Shown in pieces: positions 28,549 through 38,667 of a stretch of 64,000 nucleotides of DNA. Every line of letters starts with the position of its first letter. The stretch's first letter is position 1. The stretch spans positions 2,400,001 to 2,464,000 of the forward strand of contig CBDFJF010000002.1 in the NCBI GenBank assembly GCA_965248265.1, given 5' to 3'. Source of the stretch: Candidatus Latescibacterota bacterium. Lineage in GTDB: Bacteria; Latescibacterota; UBA2968; UBA8231. Both the position numbers and the translations under genes were made by a program. The notes beneath the pieces are model-generated. The model saw only the letters and a list, made by a program, of their open reading frames with translations. It did no database searches and was not told where the DNA came from.

Positions 28549-30786
28549 ATGACCGCGCTCATCGCGTCGGTGACCGGCGCCCTCCTGCTGGCTCTCACCC
28601 CCAGCACCCTGTGGGCCCGTGCCGAGTTCCACCTGGGCTCCGCAGATAACACATGGGAACTCTTTGGCATTCCCTACGAACGGTTCGTCCTCAGTGAGGA
28701 CGGGACCAGTCTGACCAGGCAGAGTACGGGAGAGGAGGTGACGACCGGTTTCTACATCATAGTCGATGAGGACGGAAACGAGCTGGACCGGCGCGACGTG
28801 AGCGGCCTTCTCGAGGTCGGCGGAGGGACCATGCTGGAGGAATACAACTACCGCGGCCCCGACCAGCCCTCCATGGAAGGGGATGTGCTGCAGGCGGTCC
28901 GGGTCGATCCCACGGAGAATCTGGCGCTGCTCGACAACCTCTACCCCCGCGGTGGGGGCATCTTTCACGGTCACAACACCGGCGCCTACGCGGGCCCCGA
29001 GTTCCGCTCCCACATCGACGGGGATCCCACGACCACGCGCCTGGTGCTGTTCAGGGGGAACCCGCTGGAGCAGGAGCCGTTGATCGCCGGCGGCGTCTAC
29101 CTGGGAGCCCAGGCCACGGCCGTTATCATCAACCTGGGTCTCCAGATGCCGATCAACCGCGTCCGCATCTATCCCCGCCTCGGCAGGCTCGACGATGCCG
29201 CCGCCATCGCCGGCATGGCCGAGCCCAAGCCGGACCCGGAGTCGTTCGGGGAGACCAGCTTTGCCGGCAATTACCTGGAGTGGTACGAGATCGCCGTCAC
29301 CGACAACGACGCCCTCATCAACGAGCTCGTCGGGGCCGGTGGGACCAGTCGTCCCGGCCGCCACGGGTTCAAGAACTTCTCCGAGACCTCCGGGTACGTC
29401 GATTCCGCCGCCACGGACCCGAGCTTCGAAGCGCTGATCCAGACCAGGGACAACCTGGATTCGGTCATCGACTTCCGCTTCCCCACGCGCGATGTGCGGA
29501 TGGTCTCCGTCCGCCCGTATATCCCGACCCGCACGTGGGAGGTGGCGGAGATCGAGGTATACGGCGAAGGTTACGTCCGCCGCTCCGTTTACCGCTCGCG
29601 GATCCTCGACTTCGGCCGCCCCGTCACCTGGAGCAAAATCCGCTGGTCCGGGGAACAGCCGCCCGGCACCAGGATATCGATCCGTTCCCGCACCGGGAAG
29701 ACCCGGGAGACCGATCTGTGGCTGCTGCGCACGGTGACCGGGAAATTCGTGGAGACCGACTTCGACACCTGGCTCCGTGAATACCCTTCCAGCGATGCCC
29801 AACGCACCCTGGACCGGGACAACTGGAGCTTCTGGTCCGCCACCTACAGCTTCGCCGCTGGCCTGCGCGACGAGAGCGCGCCGGCCGCCGCCTGGACGGA
29901 CGGCACCCGGTTCCTCTCCCCGGGACCCACCCGCTACCTGCAGCTCGAGATCGTGCTGGAGGCCACCGCCGACCAGACGCCGCGATTGGACGATTTGTCC
30001 CTGTTGTTCTCCGAGGCGTCGGCCGCCGAAGAGGTAGTCGGCGAAATCTGGCCGATCGAGGTGGACAGCTTCGAGCCCCAATCCTTCACATACGTCGTCA
30101 AGCCGGTGCTGAGGGATGGCAATGCGGGATTCGACCGTCTGGAGATCTTCACCTACGGCCCGGCCGAGGTCTCGTCGCTGCGCGTGGGCGGCCAGGAAGT
30201 CGACCTCGGCGATGACCGCTACAAGCCGGACATCCGGGAAGACCGCGTCATCCTCTCCTTCGACCGGCTGGTGGACCCCCGGCAGGACAACGAAAAGCGG
30301 ATCGAAGTGGAATTCAGCGCCCGGGTCCTCCGTTTCGGCGCCGAATTCAGCGGCTGGGTCTACGACAGCCGGGAGCCGGAGCTGAAGCAGACGATCAGGC
30401 CGGGCAATGCCACCATCCGCTTCATCGGCGACGTCCTCTCCGTGCGCACCCCGGCCGGTGGCGACCTGGTGCAGCAGCTGGAGATCCTGCCTCGCGCCTT
30501 TACCCCCAACGGCGACGGGGTCAACGACGAAGCCTCCATCTCCTTCAACCTGCGCGATCTGACGGACCAACGCCCCGTCGACGTGCGCATCTGGACCCTC
30601 GACGGCCGCTCCGTGCGGCGCCTGATCGCGGCCGCCCCCACGGCCAGCGGCCACTTCACCCGTCGCTGGGACGGCCGCGACGATGCCGGCCTGTTGGCCC
30701 CCCCGGGAGTCTACATCGTCCAGGTCGAGCTCCACAGCGACGAGGGCCGGAAAACCGCCGCGGGGACCCTCTCCCTGGCCTACTGA
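28549..30786 (+). CDS. Secreted protein with C-terminal FTPNGDGVND/FlgD-Ig domain (paralog 2)
   Basis: Signal peptide; IDGDPTT; WEVAEIEVYG; YRSRILDFG..IRSRTG..WSFWS..SPGPTRY; FTPNGDGVND..WDGRD..PPGVY..LAY. Confidence 0.85.
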   Translation: MTALIASVTGALLLALTPSTLWARAEFHLGSADNTWELFGIPYERFVLSEDGTSLTRQSTGEEVTTGFYIIVDEDGNELDRRDVSGLLEVGGGTMLEEYNYRGPDQPSMEGDVLQAVRVDPTENLALLDNLYPRGGGIFHGHNTGAYAGPEFRSHIDGDPTTTRLVLFRGNPLEQEPLIAGGVYLGAQATAVIINLGLQMPINRVRIYPRLGRLDDAAAIAGMAEPKPDPESFGETSFAGNYLEWYEIAVTDNDALINELVGAGGTSRPGRHGFKNFSETSGYVDSAATDPSFEALIQTRDNLDSVIDFRFPTRDVRMVSVRPYIPTRTWEVAEIEVYGEGYVRRSVYRSRILDFGRPVTWSKIRWSGEQPPGTRISIRSRTGKTRETDLWLLRTVTGKFVETDFDTWLREYPSSDAQRTLDRDNWSFWSATYSFAAGLRDESAPAAAWTDGTRFLSPGPTRYLQLEIVLEATADQTPRLDDLSLLFSEASAAEEVVGEIWPIEVDSFEPQSFTYVVKPVLRDGNAGFDRLEIFTYGPAEVSSLRVGGQEVDLGDDRYKPDIREDRVILSFDRLVDPRQDNEKRIEVEFSARVLRFGAEFSGWVYDSREPELKQTIRPGNATIRFIGDVLSVRTPAGGDLVQQLEILPRAFTPNGDGVNDEASISFNLRDLTDQRPVDVRIWTLDGRSVRRLIAAAPTASGHFTRRWDGRDDAGLLAPPGVYIVQVELHSDEGRKTAAGTLSLAY

Positions 30787-30810
30787 AGGGCCGGAGAGGG
30801 GCATTTTTTT
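30767..30810 (+). terminator. Probable intrinsic terminator overlapping the stop codon
   Basis: CCCTCTCC...GGAGAGGG stem followed by T7. Confidence 0.5.
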
Positions 30811-30858
30811 CTTGCTTGATGCTCTATCTTGTTCTGCAGTTCACGCAACCCGGGCGTG

Positions 30859-30930
30859 TCGATCAGCTCGATCGCGGCCAAGATCGGCTGTACGCCGGAG
30901 ACCCTGCGCTCGTGGGTACATCGGAGTGAG
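30859..30930 (+). pseudogene. IS3-family OrfA HTH fragment
   Basis: SISSIAAKIGCTPETLRSWV is a typical IS3 OrfA helix-turn-helix segment, fused to unrelated sequence. Confidence 0.7.
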
Positions 30931-31337
30931 TACACCGTTGTGTTCCGGATCCTCCTCCCGCCTGATCGGGTTCTCGCCAGACTCGACTGGCCCGACATCA
31001 CCGGCGCTGCCGCACTGATTGAAGCGTTGAACGACCATTGGCAGTGTGACGTGGTTTCCGAGTTGGCTGAATGCTGCCTTGACTCGGAGATCCCCTGGAT
31101 ACACAAGAGTCGCATCGCAGAGATATTGTGGAGCCTGGCACCAGACCGGTACTTTGACTCTGGCGTTCTATGTCACATGCTGACCGCCGAGGTCCCCGAA
31201 CTTGGTCGGACCGAGGCTGAAGGAATGGTGTCGCTGCTCCGAGAGGATGCCCCTCGGTTCCTGAATGAACTGCTTCGACTCTACCACCGAACCTTCCTGA
31301 CCCCTCGCTTTGCTCGCGCTACCATGGTCGCTGCCGC

Positions 31338-31523
31338 ACGTCCTACCTTGCTGTCATGGAAGTAGACATCACCGTAGCCGAGCCCAAATGCCAGCAAATC
31401 CACACCCGTGCCCAGCAGTTCGTCCACCGGCCATCGCAGTTTGTGAAGGCTCACGGGTGGATCGAGCCTCTTTGCATGGTAGTGGTGCGCGTCTTGATAG
31501 TAGATCAGTCTCGGCTTGTTCAT
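31338..31523 (-). pseudogene. 5-prime fragment of a putative glycoside-hydrolase-like gene
   Basis: RBS GGGGAG + MNKPRLIYYQDAHHYHAKRLDPP...GTGVDLLAFGLGYGDVYFHDSKVGR, then abrupt break. Confidence 0.65.
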
Positions 31524-31625
31524 CAGCTTCACTCCCCTCTAATGTCGTGTCCCAGGAATTCCTTGCGTTTTCTGACGCCGATCCAGTATGTGCTGGGACT
31601 ATAGTGTCCAATTTCGGAAGGGTGT

Positions 31626-31704
31626 GTGCTTAGTGAGGATAAAATGGGTTATCGTTACTCAGTCAGTCGTTATTTTTGGCATTTTGCCAGCGTTGATGGC
31701 GGTT
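31626..31704. repeat. About 80-bp repeat copy 3 with dif-like site A6 (31632-31659)
   Basis: GTGCTT AGTGAGGATAA AATGGG TTATCGTTACT CAGTCAGTCGTTATTTTTGGCATTTTGCCAGCGTTGATGGCGGTT; arms identical to A3, spacer differs by 1 nt. Confidence 0.9.
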
Positions 31705-31964
31705 TTTGTGGTGTGACGGTCGATCGACAAGAGGCTGGGCCTTTCCTTGGTGGCCCTGGAGCGCTGACCCCGCAGCCTCGAAGGATTCGATCCCCAAGGC
31801 GGCCAAATCATCCACGTCGTTTACCGACAGATGTGTCGCGTGTGGGAGTGCTCAATGTCCCTCAGACTCACAGACGGGCAAACAGTGTCAACCGAGAGCA
31901 GCACGTCGCTCTCCGCGGGTCTGAGTCGCCCATCGGTTTGGTCAGGTGATTACCGGCTGCTCTC

Positions 31965-32160
31965 TTAGTTGACTTCCGCAGCATCGACTCGTCGCACGGC
32001 CTCGTACGTGTCCACCTTGCAATAGCCCAGCTTCAGCGCGAGTTGCACGGAGACTTCATTTGCAGCGTCCCAATGCGCCTCCAAGCATCCACGAATACCC
32101 GCATGCGCCGATGTTCGGCAAACAGTGGTGCCGCGGCGTTGGGTTTTCCGAGTCCATATG
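31965..32160 (-). pseudogene. GNAT acetyltransferase C-terminal fragment
   Basis: IWT...RRG...HWDAANEVSVQLALKLGY. Confidence 0.55.
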
Positions 32161-32247
32161 AAGAACATAACGCCAGGAATAGGTCGGGCGGAAACAAGCT
32201 GTGCCCATCGGATTCCGCCTTTGATTCCCACCGCCGACGCCGTCTCC

Positions 32248-34263
32248 CTAGTACGCGACGGAGACGACCCCCGCCCTCGTCCACCATCTGTCGTCGGTGT
32301 GGACTTTGACCTGCAACAGATAGGCTCCGGGAGACACCAGGCGGCCGGCATCGTCGCGGCCGTCCCATCGGTGGGAGTAGGTGCCGCTGAGCTCCAGATC
32401 CGTCGCCACGTGCCGCACCCGCCGACCGTCGAGCGACCATACCTGCACGTCGACGGGACGCTCGGCGATCAGGTCGTGCAGATCGAAAGAGATGGTGACC
32501 TCGTCGTTGACCCCGTCGCCGTTGGGCGTGAAGGCCCGGGGGTCGACCACCAGACGCCGCACCAGGTTGCCGACGGTGGGCGTGCTCACCGAGAGGACAT
32601 TTCCGTAAAACAGGATGGTGGCGTCGCCGGCGTTGATCCTCTGCTTGAGCTGTGGCTCGCCACAGTCGTAGACCCATCCGTTGAACTCGGTCCCGAAGCG
32701 CAGCACCCGCGTGGTGAACTCCACCTCGATCCGCTTCTCGTGGTCCCTGAGGCGGTCTCCCAGCCGGTCGAAGGAGAAGATCACCCTGTCCTCCCGAATC
32801 TCGGGGGGAAACCGGTCGAGGATCTCTTCGCCCCCTATCCGCAGCGAGTGGACCTGGGCCCACGTGCCCGTGAACAGCTCCAGACAGTCGAAGCCGCTGC
32901 TGTCATCCCCGAGGAGAATCCGTGCCACGTAGGAGAATCGGTGCGGCTCGAAGTCGTCCACGTGGATGGGCCAGACTTCGGCGATGACATCCGTCGCCGC
33001 AGGCTCCTCCGCGAACAGCAGGGACAGATCATCCAGGCGTGGGGTCCGGTCGTGTGATGCCTCGATGGCGACTTCGATCTGGAAGTAGCGCCTCGGCCCC
33101 GGCGACAGCAGCTGGGTGCCGTCCATCCAGGCGGCGGCCGGCGACTCTTCATCGATCAGGCCGGAGACGAAGTTGTAGGTGCTCGACCAGAAACTCCAGG
33201 CTACTCTCACCGGGTCCGTCTCGTCGGTGGTGCCGGTGCGGGTGCGCAGCTTCAACCTGGTGCCGCGAGGCTGCGTCCCCCGCCAGCGGATCTTGCTCAA
33301 GGCCACGGGTTGTCCGAAGTCCAGGATCTGCGAGCGGTACACGGAGGAGTTGATGTACCCCTCGCCGTAGACCTCGATTTCTGCCACCTCCCAGGTCCGC
33401 TCGGGGATGTAGGGGCGCAGGGAGACGAACCGCAGGTTGCGCAGGTTGAAGCGGACGTCGATGACGACATCCAGGTTCTCCCGGGTCTGGACCACCGCGT
33501 CGAATTTCGGGTCCGTGTCCGACGTGTAGGTGTACCCCGTCTGCTCGGCAAACCCCTTGGTGGTGATGCCGCCCGCTTCGTTGCCGGCCACGGCTATCTC
33601 AAACCACTCGAGGAAGTTGTCGGCAAAGCTGCGATCCCCGAAGAGGTCGAGGGCGGGCCTCGGCTCGTCCATTTCAGCGATGAGGTCGGCGTCTTTCTCC
33701 CGGCCCAAACGGGGATAGACGCGTACTCGGTTGATCGGCATCTCTCTGTCGAAGTTCAGGATCGTCGCCGTGGCGTTCCCCTTCAAGCGAGCCGACTCGG
33801 ATACCTCCCCCCTCTCCTTGGGAATCACCACCCGCCGGGCCGTCGTCGGGTCTCCATCGGTTAGGGCTATGAGGTCGGAACTGGGCTTGCCCCCCGAGTT
33901 GTTGGACTGCTGAATCGTTCCTCCCCAGGCTTGGAGCTTGTGGAGCAAGGCCAGGTTCTCGTGGGGATCGATCCATACGGCCTCCAGCACGCCCTCTTCC
34001 ATGGACGGCACCAGAGAGCCGTAAAAGCCCTCCTCGGGCCGCGGAATCGGCGCGCCGCCCATCAACGTCAGTACCGGACGCTCCTCGAGCACACGACCGG
34101 CACTGTCGACGACCGCGTAGAACTGTTTGACCTCGCCTTCCACGTCCGGTATGAGCAGTTCCTTCCATGAGCCTTGCCCGACCCCCATGTGGAACTCGGC
34201 ACGGCTCCAGAGCGCGCTGGTAAGGGCCAGCAGCAGGAAACCTGTCAGCCATGCTCTGGGCAT
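32248..34263 (-). CDS. Secreted protein with C-terminal FTPNGDGVND/FlgD-Ig domain (paralog 3)
   Basis: Clearly homologous along most of its length to 28549-30786 (RAEFH.G, PINRVR.YPRLG, TWEVAEIEVYGEGY, KRIEVEF..RVLRFG.EF.GWVYD); GGAG RBS. Confidence 0.85.
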   Translation of the reverse strand: MPRAWLTGFLLLALTSALWSRAEFHMGVGQGSWKELLIPDVEGEVKQFYAVVDSAGRVLEERPVLTLMGGAPIPRPEEGFYGSLVPSMEEGVLEAVWIDPHENLALLHKLQAWGGTIQQSNNSGGKPSSDLIALTDGDPTTARRVVIPKERGEVSESARLKGNATATILNFDREMPINRVRVYPRLGREKDADLIAEMDEPRPALDLFGDRSFADNFLEWFEIAVAGNEAGGITTKGFAEQTGYTYTSDTDPKFDAVVQTRENLDVVIDVRFNLRNLRFVSLRPYIPERTWEVAEIEVYGEGYINSSVYRSQILDFGQPVALSKIRWRGTQPRGTRLKLRTRTGTTDETDPVRVAWSFWSSTYNFVSGLIDEESPAAAWMDGTQLLSPGPRRYFQIEVAIEASHDRTPRLDDLSLLFAEEPAATDVIAEVWPIHVDDFEPHRFSYVARILLGDDSSGFDCLELFTGTWAQVHSLRIGGEEILDRFPPEIREDRVIFSFDRLGDRLRDHEKRIEVEFTTRVLRFGTEFNGWVYDCGEPQLKQRINAGDATILFYGNVLSVSTPTVGNLVRRLVVDPRAFTPNGDGVNDEVTISFDLHDLIAERPVDVQVWSLDGRRVRHVATDLELSGTYSHRWDGRDDAGRLVSPGAYLLQVKVHTDDRWWTRAGVVSVAY

Positions 34264-34510
34264 ACCGTGTCTCCGCTGATGCCCTGGTGGGGAGATACGA
34301 GGCCGGTGTTCCGACAAGGCGTGGCCCCCTCAACACAGTCGGTGCAGGATGAGGGTGCGCCGATCCGCCATCTGGGCGGCAACCCGTGTGCCAGAAGGAG
34401 AGGGACCAAAAAAACAACGAGTTACGAATTCCCAGCAAGATGGTGACCGCGCCAGACTGTCCGGTGACCCATGCTCAGCCTCATTGTACATAGAGGCGGC
34501 CAACCAGCGC

Positions 34511-34532
34511 AATGTAAACTCTGGGTAACAAT
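34511..34532 (-). promoter_or_regulatory. Motif shared with the upstream region of FlgD paralog 1
   Basis: Minus strand ATTGTTACCCAGAGTTTACATT vs AATGTTACATAGGGTTTACAAT at 12847. Confidence 0.45.
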
Positions 34533-34614
34533 CGGAGACCCGCGTATCAAACATGAGTTGCTATAACACATTCTTTACAAGAACAGGTAAAACACCATCT
34601 CCCAGTCGGCTTGG

Positions 34615-34643
34615 ACTACTGATAATGACCGCTTGTCGTTCTT
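34615..34643. repeat. dif-like site B3
   Basis: ACTACTGATAA TGACCGC TTGTCGTTCTT; upstream AAAACACCATC shared with B4. Confidence 0.65.
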
Positions 34644-34728
34644 CGTCCCTGGTGGGGGACGATCCTGGGGGATAGTACAGCGCCCGTGCGGCGCATCGCA
34701 CGCTTTCTGCACGACCTGATGGTGCCAT

Positions 34729-34938
34729 ATGACTCGTGAGCTGGTGAAAGTCGCGGCCGTCCTCACGCTGGGAGCTCTCGCTCCCCCCGCGATTGGGGTA
34801 TCCTTCTCCCCGAAAGCGATCATTCAATCGGGTGCTGCTCCCGCCACCGAAAAGCTCGCGGCTCGCGAGATCCAGCGCTATGTCTACCTGATCACGGGAA
34901 CACACGTCAGGATAACCGACGATCCACCCCCCGGTTGA
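34729..34938 (+). pseudogene. N-terminal fragment of secreted glycoside hydrolase (GH20/GH67 N-domain-like)
   Basis: Signal peptide + A..TEKLAAREIQRYVYLITG, then early stop. Confidence 0.6.
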
Positions 34939-35076
34939 CGCGATTGTTGTGACCGCACTCGCGACCGCGCGGGCGAGGCTGTCCCCAAGCTGGAGCTGTT
35001 GGGTTGCCGATCTTGAGCAGCTGCACCATGCTTCAGCGCGGGTATGCCGCTATCAGATTAACTCAGGAGACGACGG

Positions 35077-36237
35077 ATGGCCTCCGGACGGAAATACCGT
35101 GTCGGCATCATCGGCACCGGGCTCAAGGGTGTGCAGCACGCCCAGGCATTCGCCCAGAATCCCGCCGCCGAGGTTGTCGCCGGCGCCGACACCGATGCCG
35201 ACAACCTGGCGCTCTTCGGCAGGTGGTTCGGGTTCTCCAGCGGCCTCTACTTCGACTATCACGAGATGCTGGCGAACGAGGAGTTGGACATCGTCTGTCC
35301 GATCCTGCCGACCAGCGTCAATCCGGATGCCGTGGTGGCCGTCGCCGAGTCGGGGGTGAGTGGGGTTTTGTGCGAAAAGCCGATCGCCGCCACACTGGCC
35401 GACGCCGACCGCATGGTCGAGGCCTGCCGCGTCAACGGCGTCAAGTTCGGGGCCGGCGACATGTATCGCTGCTACGAGCAGTTGTGGCGGGCGCGAGAGT
35501 TGATCGACGCCGGTGAGATCGGCGGCATGGTTTCGATCGTCAACCACGGTCCTGCCAGCTCCGGCAACGGATGTCAGGACCTGAGCGTCGTCCGCCTGTT
35601 CGCCGGGGACGCACCGGTGGAATGGGTCGTTGGCTGGTCCAACGGAACCCCCCTGGATTCGGACCTGGGCACCGTGAATGCGTCCAGTGACCACGACCAG
35701 CAGCTGGGCGGGGTGATCCGTTTCGCCACCGGCATCTCGGCTCACATCGTCGATAGGCCCGGTCCTCTCAAGGGAGTGCAGGTCAACTGCGAGAGGGGCC
35801 TGTTCACGACCGACTACCGGTCATTTTGTCTGCTCAAGCGGGCCGAGCATGCGGGTAAGCGAAGGAGTCTGGATGACCTTGATAAAGTGCCCGACATCTT
35901 CGAGGACACCGTCGACTGGGGCGGCAACGATGGGGACGGCTACGATGAGGATGGCTGGCTGATGTTGGCCTCGCGCCAGGCTTCCACTGCGCAGTCGATG
36001 ATCGACGCTCTCGACAAGGACATTGAACCCAGAGCGAGTGGGGCGAACGGCCGCGATGTGCTGGAGCTGGCCATCGCCCTGCGGGAATCGGAGCGCCGCG
36101 GCTTCGCGCCGGTAAGGCTGCCTCTGGAAGATCGTTCCCTGCAGATCATGGCGGCGGCCACCCGCATGCACTACAAGCGGAAGATCAGAGGGGACGCATG
36201 GTACACCGCGCAGCTGGCGAGACAGAAACGGGATTGA
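35077..36237 (+). CDS. Gfo/Idh/MocA oxidoreductase
   Basis: YRVGIIGTG, LDIVC, VLCEKPIA, GEIG. Confidence 0.9.
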   Translation: MASGRKYRVGIIGTGLKGVQHAQAFAQNPAAEVVAGADTDADNLALFGRWFGFSSGLYFDYHEMLANEELDIVCPILPTSVNPDAVVAVAESGVSGVLCEKPIAATLADADRMVEACRVNGVKFGAGDMYRCYEQLWRARELIDAGEIGGMVSIVNHGPASSGNGCQDLSVVRLFAGDAPVEWVVGWSNGTPLDSDLGTVNASSDHDQQLGGVIRFATGISAHIVDRPGPLKGVQVNCERGLFTTDYRSFCLLKRAEHAGKRRSLDDLDKVPDIFEDTVDWGGNDGDGYDEDGWLMLASRQASTAQSMIDALDKDIEPRASGANGRDVLELAIALRESERRGFAPVRLPLEDRSLQIMAAATRMHYKRKIRGDAWYTAQLARQKRD

Positions 36238-36591
36238 GTGGCCGCAGTCGATCTCACCAGGCTTCTTTCTGCTGCTGAAACCAATCTTACCGGGTTTCTA
36301 AATCGCTTGGAGGTCTGGTGTCGAGTAGAACTCGGTCCTTTCTCGAAGGTGTCGGCCTCCCTGCCCGGCCGCCACCAATTGCCCCGGCACGATCCGACCC
36401 CCAATCCGAGTTCGAGTTTGCGGCCTGAGCTGACGGTACTGCTGCGGCCTGGCCGCCCACCGACGCTCAGAAACCGCTTTTTTCGCAATCCGAAATCCGT
36501 TCGACTAAACGAAATTCTGACCTGAGCCCATCATGCCGATCAGGAAATCCCTCAAAAAAACACCATCGACAACACAAGGTGGACCTTCCAA

Positions 36592-36625
36592 ACTAGCGAT
36601 AATGTGCGTTATTCTTCCTATCCGT
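36592..36625. repeat. dif-like site B4
   Basis: ACTAGCGATAA TGTGCG TTATTCTTCCT ATCCGT. Confidence 0.75.
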
Positions 36626-36783
36626 CCCCGAGCCCAGATGAAATTCGGCGCGAGCCCACAGTGGCTGCCCGAAAGCTCAAGAGGAAATTACATCGAATCC
36701 ATTGATGAGGCCTACGACCGGCGTCACGCCGGAGAAGTCATCCGTGCCGCCATGACCGACTACGAGGAGCAGTTCGGCTAGAG

Positions 36784-38667
36784 ATGCTCGATCGCCTTGG
36801 TGCTGGGGCGGCAGCGGGCTTGCTCCTGGCGACATTCGGTATCTTCGCTTTGGTCGTCTGTAAGAGCGCCTGGCTTTGCGACGACGCTTTCGTTACCTGG
36901 CGTACGGTAGACAACTGGGTCGGCGGCTACGGGTTGACCTGGAATTCTGCTGAGCGAGTGCAGGCGAACACGCATCCACTGTGGATGTTCCTGTTGGCCG
37001 CGTGTCATTCCCTCACCGGAGAGTTCTACTACACAACCATAGCACTGTCACTGGGGCTTTCACTGGCCTCCGCAATCCTCCTGCACGCTGGCGCCGTATC
37101 GACGGCCAGTGCGGCAATCGGGATCGGCGTCCTCATTTCCTCCAAAGCCTTCGTCGACTACTCCACCTCCGGTCTCGAGAACCCGCTGCTTCATCTATTC
37201 CTCGTCCTCTTCGCCAGGAGTTACTTCACCGTCACCCCCGCGGCCGGCAGACATCGCGCCCTATCTGTCAGCGCCGGTCTGTGTGCCTTCACACGTATGG
37301 ATGCCTTGCTGCTGCTGGCGCCAGCCCTAGTCTGCTCCGCACGGACAGTGCCCTGGCGGCAGGCCCTTGTCTGGATCGTCGCCGGCTTCGTACCGCTAGT
37401 CCTCTGGATCTGCTTCTCACTCTTCTACTATGGCTCCCCCGTACCCAATACGGCCTATGCCAAGCTCAATACCGGGATCGCCCCAGCGAATTTGATAGAG
37501 CAGGGCCTTGCCTATCTGTACAACTCGCTGCGCCTGGATCCGCCGACGCTGGCGACGGCGGCATTGGGCGTAAGTGTGGCAGCATTTGCCGGTAGCGGAC
37601 GGGCCTTGGGCATGGGGGCAATCCTCTATCTTGGTTACCTCATCTTCATCGGTGGTGATTTCATGAGCGGGCGCTTGCTCAGCCCGCTGCTGCTGATCGG
37701 TGCCGCGCTCATCGTCCGCGTCGACTTCAAACGCGCATGGCTTCCAGTCGCCGTTGCGCTTGGCCTCGCTCTTGTGGCCACTCCCACATCACCCCTGCGT
37801 GCCGGCATCGACTACGGCCGGCAGCCGTCGAATCTGACGGTCGTGCACGGCATCGCCGACGAGCGCGCTCACTACTACTCCGCCACCGGACTGTTCGCCC
37901 CTGGCCGCAGGCCGCTCGCCGAACACCCAATGGCCTTGGCTGGGCGCCGGGCGCGAGAGCAGGGAGTGAGTCCGATCACGGCCGGGAACATCGGCATCTT
38001 CGGTTACTACGCCGGCCCGCGGATCCATGTTCTCGACGGCTTCGCGCTGGCGGATCCGCTGCTGGCGCGGCTGCCGATCCGCAGTATCCAGTGGCGGATC
38101 GGTCATTTCGTACGAGCGCTGCCCGACGGCTATCGGCAGACGTTGGCCTCGGGGCACAACCAGATCGCCGATACCCGGATCAGAGCCTACTACGAGGTCA
38201 TGCGCCAAATCGTACGTGGCCCGTTGTTTTCCTGGTACCGGCTCCGCCTTGTGTGGCGGCTCAACACGGGTCACTACGACGAACTGGTCGAGCCCCTGTA
38301 CCGGTCTCGGAACGCGCAGGTGTTGGGTTTTGAACTGCTGGCCGCAGGGACGCCGGAGCGGGCGCTACCGATATTCAGACAGGCGGTGGAACTCGACCCG
38401 GCACGGGCCGCAGCCTGGTACGGACTAGCCCGCGCTCAGCGACTGCTAGGGCGCGATGAAGCCGCTCTCGAGCCGTTGCTGCGGGCTTTCGCTCGCCAGC
38501 CGCAGATGCCGGTATTCGCGAACGAGCTGGTCGAGCTCGCTGCCGCCTTCGACGAACGGGGAGAGGTTTCCACCGCGCGCTCCCTCTACCGCGCCTACCT
38601 GCAGGAACATCCGGCCGACAGCCAGGTGGCCGACCGTCTCCACGCCCTCTCGGAGTCCGGTAAATGA
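36784..38667 (+). CDS. AftB-like GT-C glycosyltransferase with C-terminal TPRs
   Basis: DDAFVT.R..DN, WN..ERVQ..THPLW, DYSTSGLENPL, GGDFMSGR, RIGHF.R; TPR FRQAVELDP..AAAWYGLA. Confidence 0.8.
   Translation: MLDRLGAGAAAGLLLATFGIFALVVCKSAWLCDDAFVTWRTVDNWVGGYGLTWNSAERVQANTHPLWMFLLAACHSLTGEFYYTTIALSLGLSLASAILLHAGAVSTASAAIGIGVLISSKAFVDYSTSGLENPLLHLFLVLFARSYFTVTPAAGRHRALSVSAGLCAFTRMDALLLLAPALVCSARTVPWRQALVWIVAGFVPLVLWICFSLFYYGSPVPNTAYAKLNTGIAPANLIEQGLAYLYNSLRLDPPTLATAALGVSVAAFAGSGRALGMGAILYLGYLIFIGGDFMSGRLLSPLLLIGAALIVRVDFKRAWLPVAVALGLALVATPTSPLRAGIDYGRQPSNLTVVHGIADERAHYYSATGLFAPGRRPLAEHPMALAGRRAREQGVSPITAGNIGIFGYYAGPRIHVLDGFALADPLLARLPIRSIQWRIGHFVRALPDGYRQTLASGHNQIADTRIRAYYEVMRQIVRGPLFSWYRLRLVWRLNTGHYDELVEPLYRSRNAQVLGFELLAAGTPERALPIFRQAVELDPARAAAWYGLARAQRLLGRDEAALEPLLRAFARQPQMPVFANELVELAAAFDERGEVSTARSLYRAYLQEHPADSQVADRLHALSESGK

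Noticed and set aside
28501-30804. 767-aa antisense ORF (also 13023-15068, 60016-61224 and many others)
   Set aside because: Shadow ORFs opposite well-supported genes, expected from high GC3 bias; no motifs of their own.
31540-31610. IS5-like end (TAATGTCGTGTCCCAGGAATTCC...CTGGGACTATA)
   Set aside because: The inverted match is short, with no transposase or clear TSD.
11980-31704. 80-bp repeats as a CRISPR array
   Set aside because: Copies are about 10 kb apart, with no spacer periodicity and no cas genes.
31819-31850. Degenerate B site after TCGATCCCCAAGGC
   Set aside because: Only TTACCGACAG resembles an arm; no right arm.
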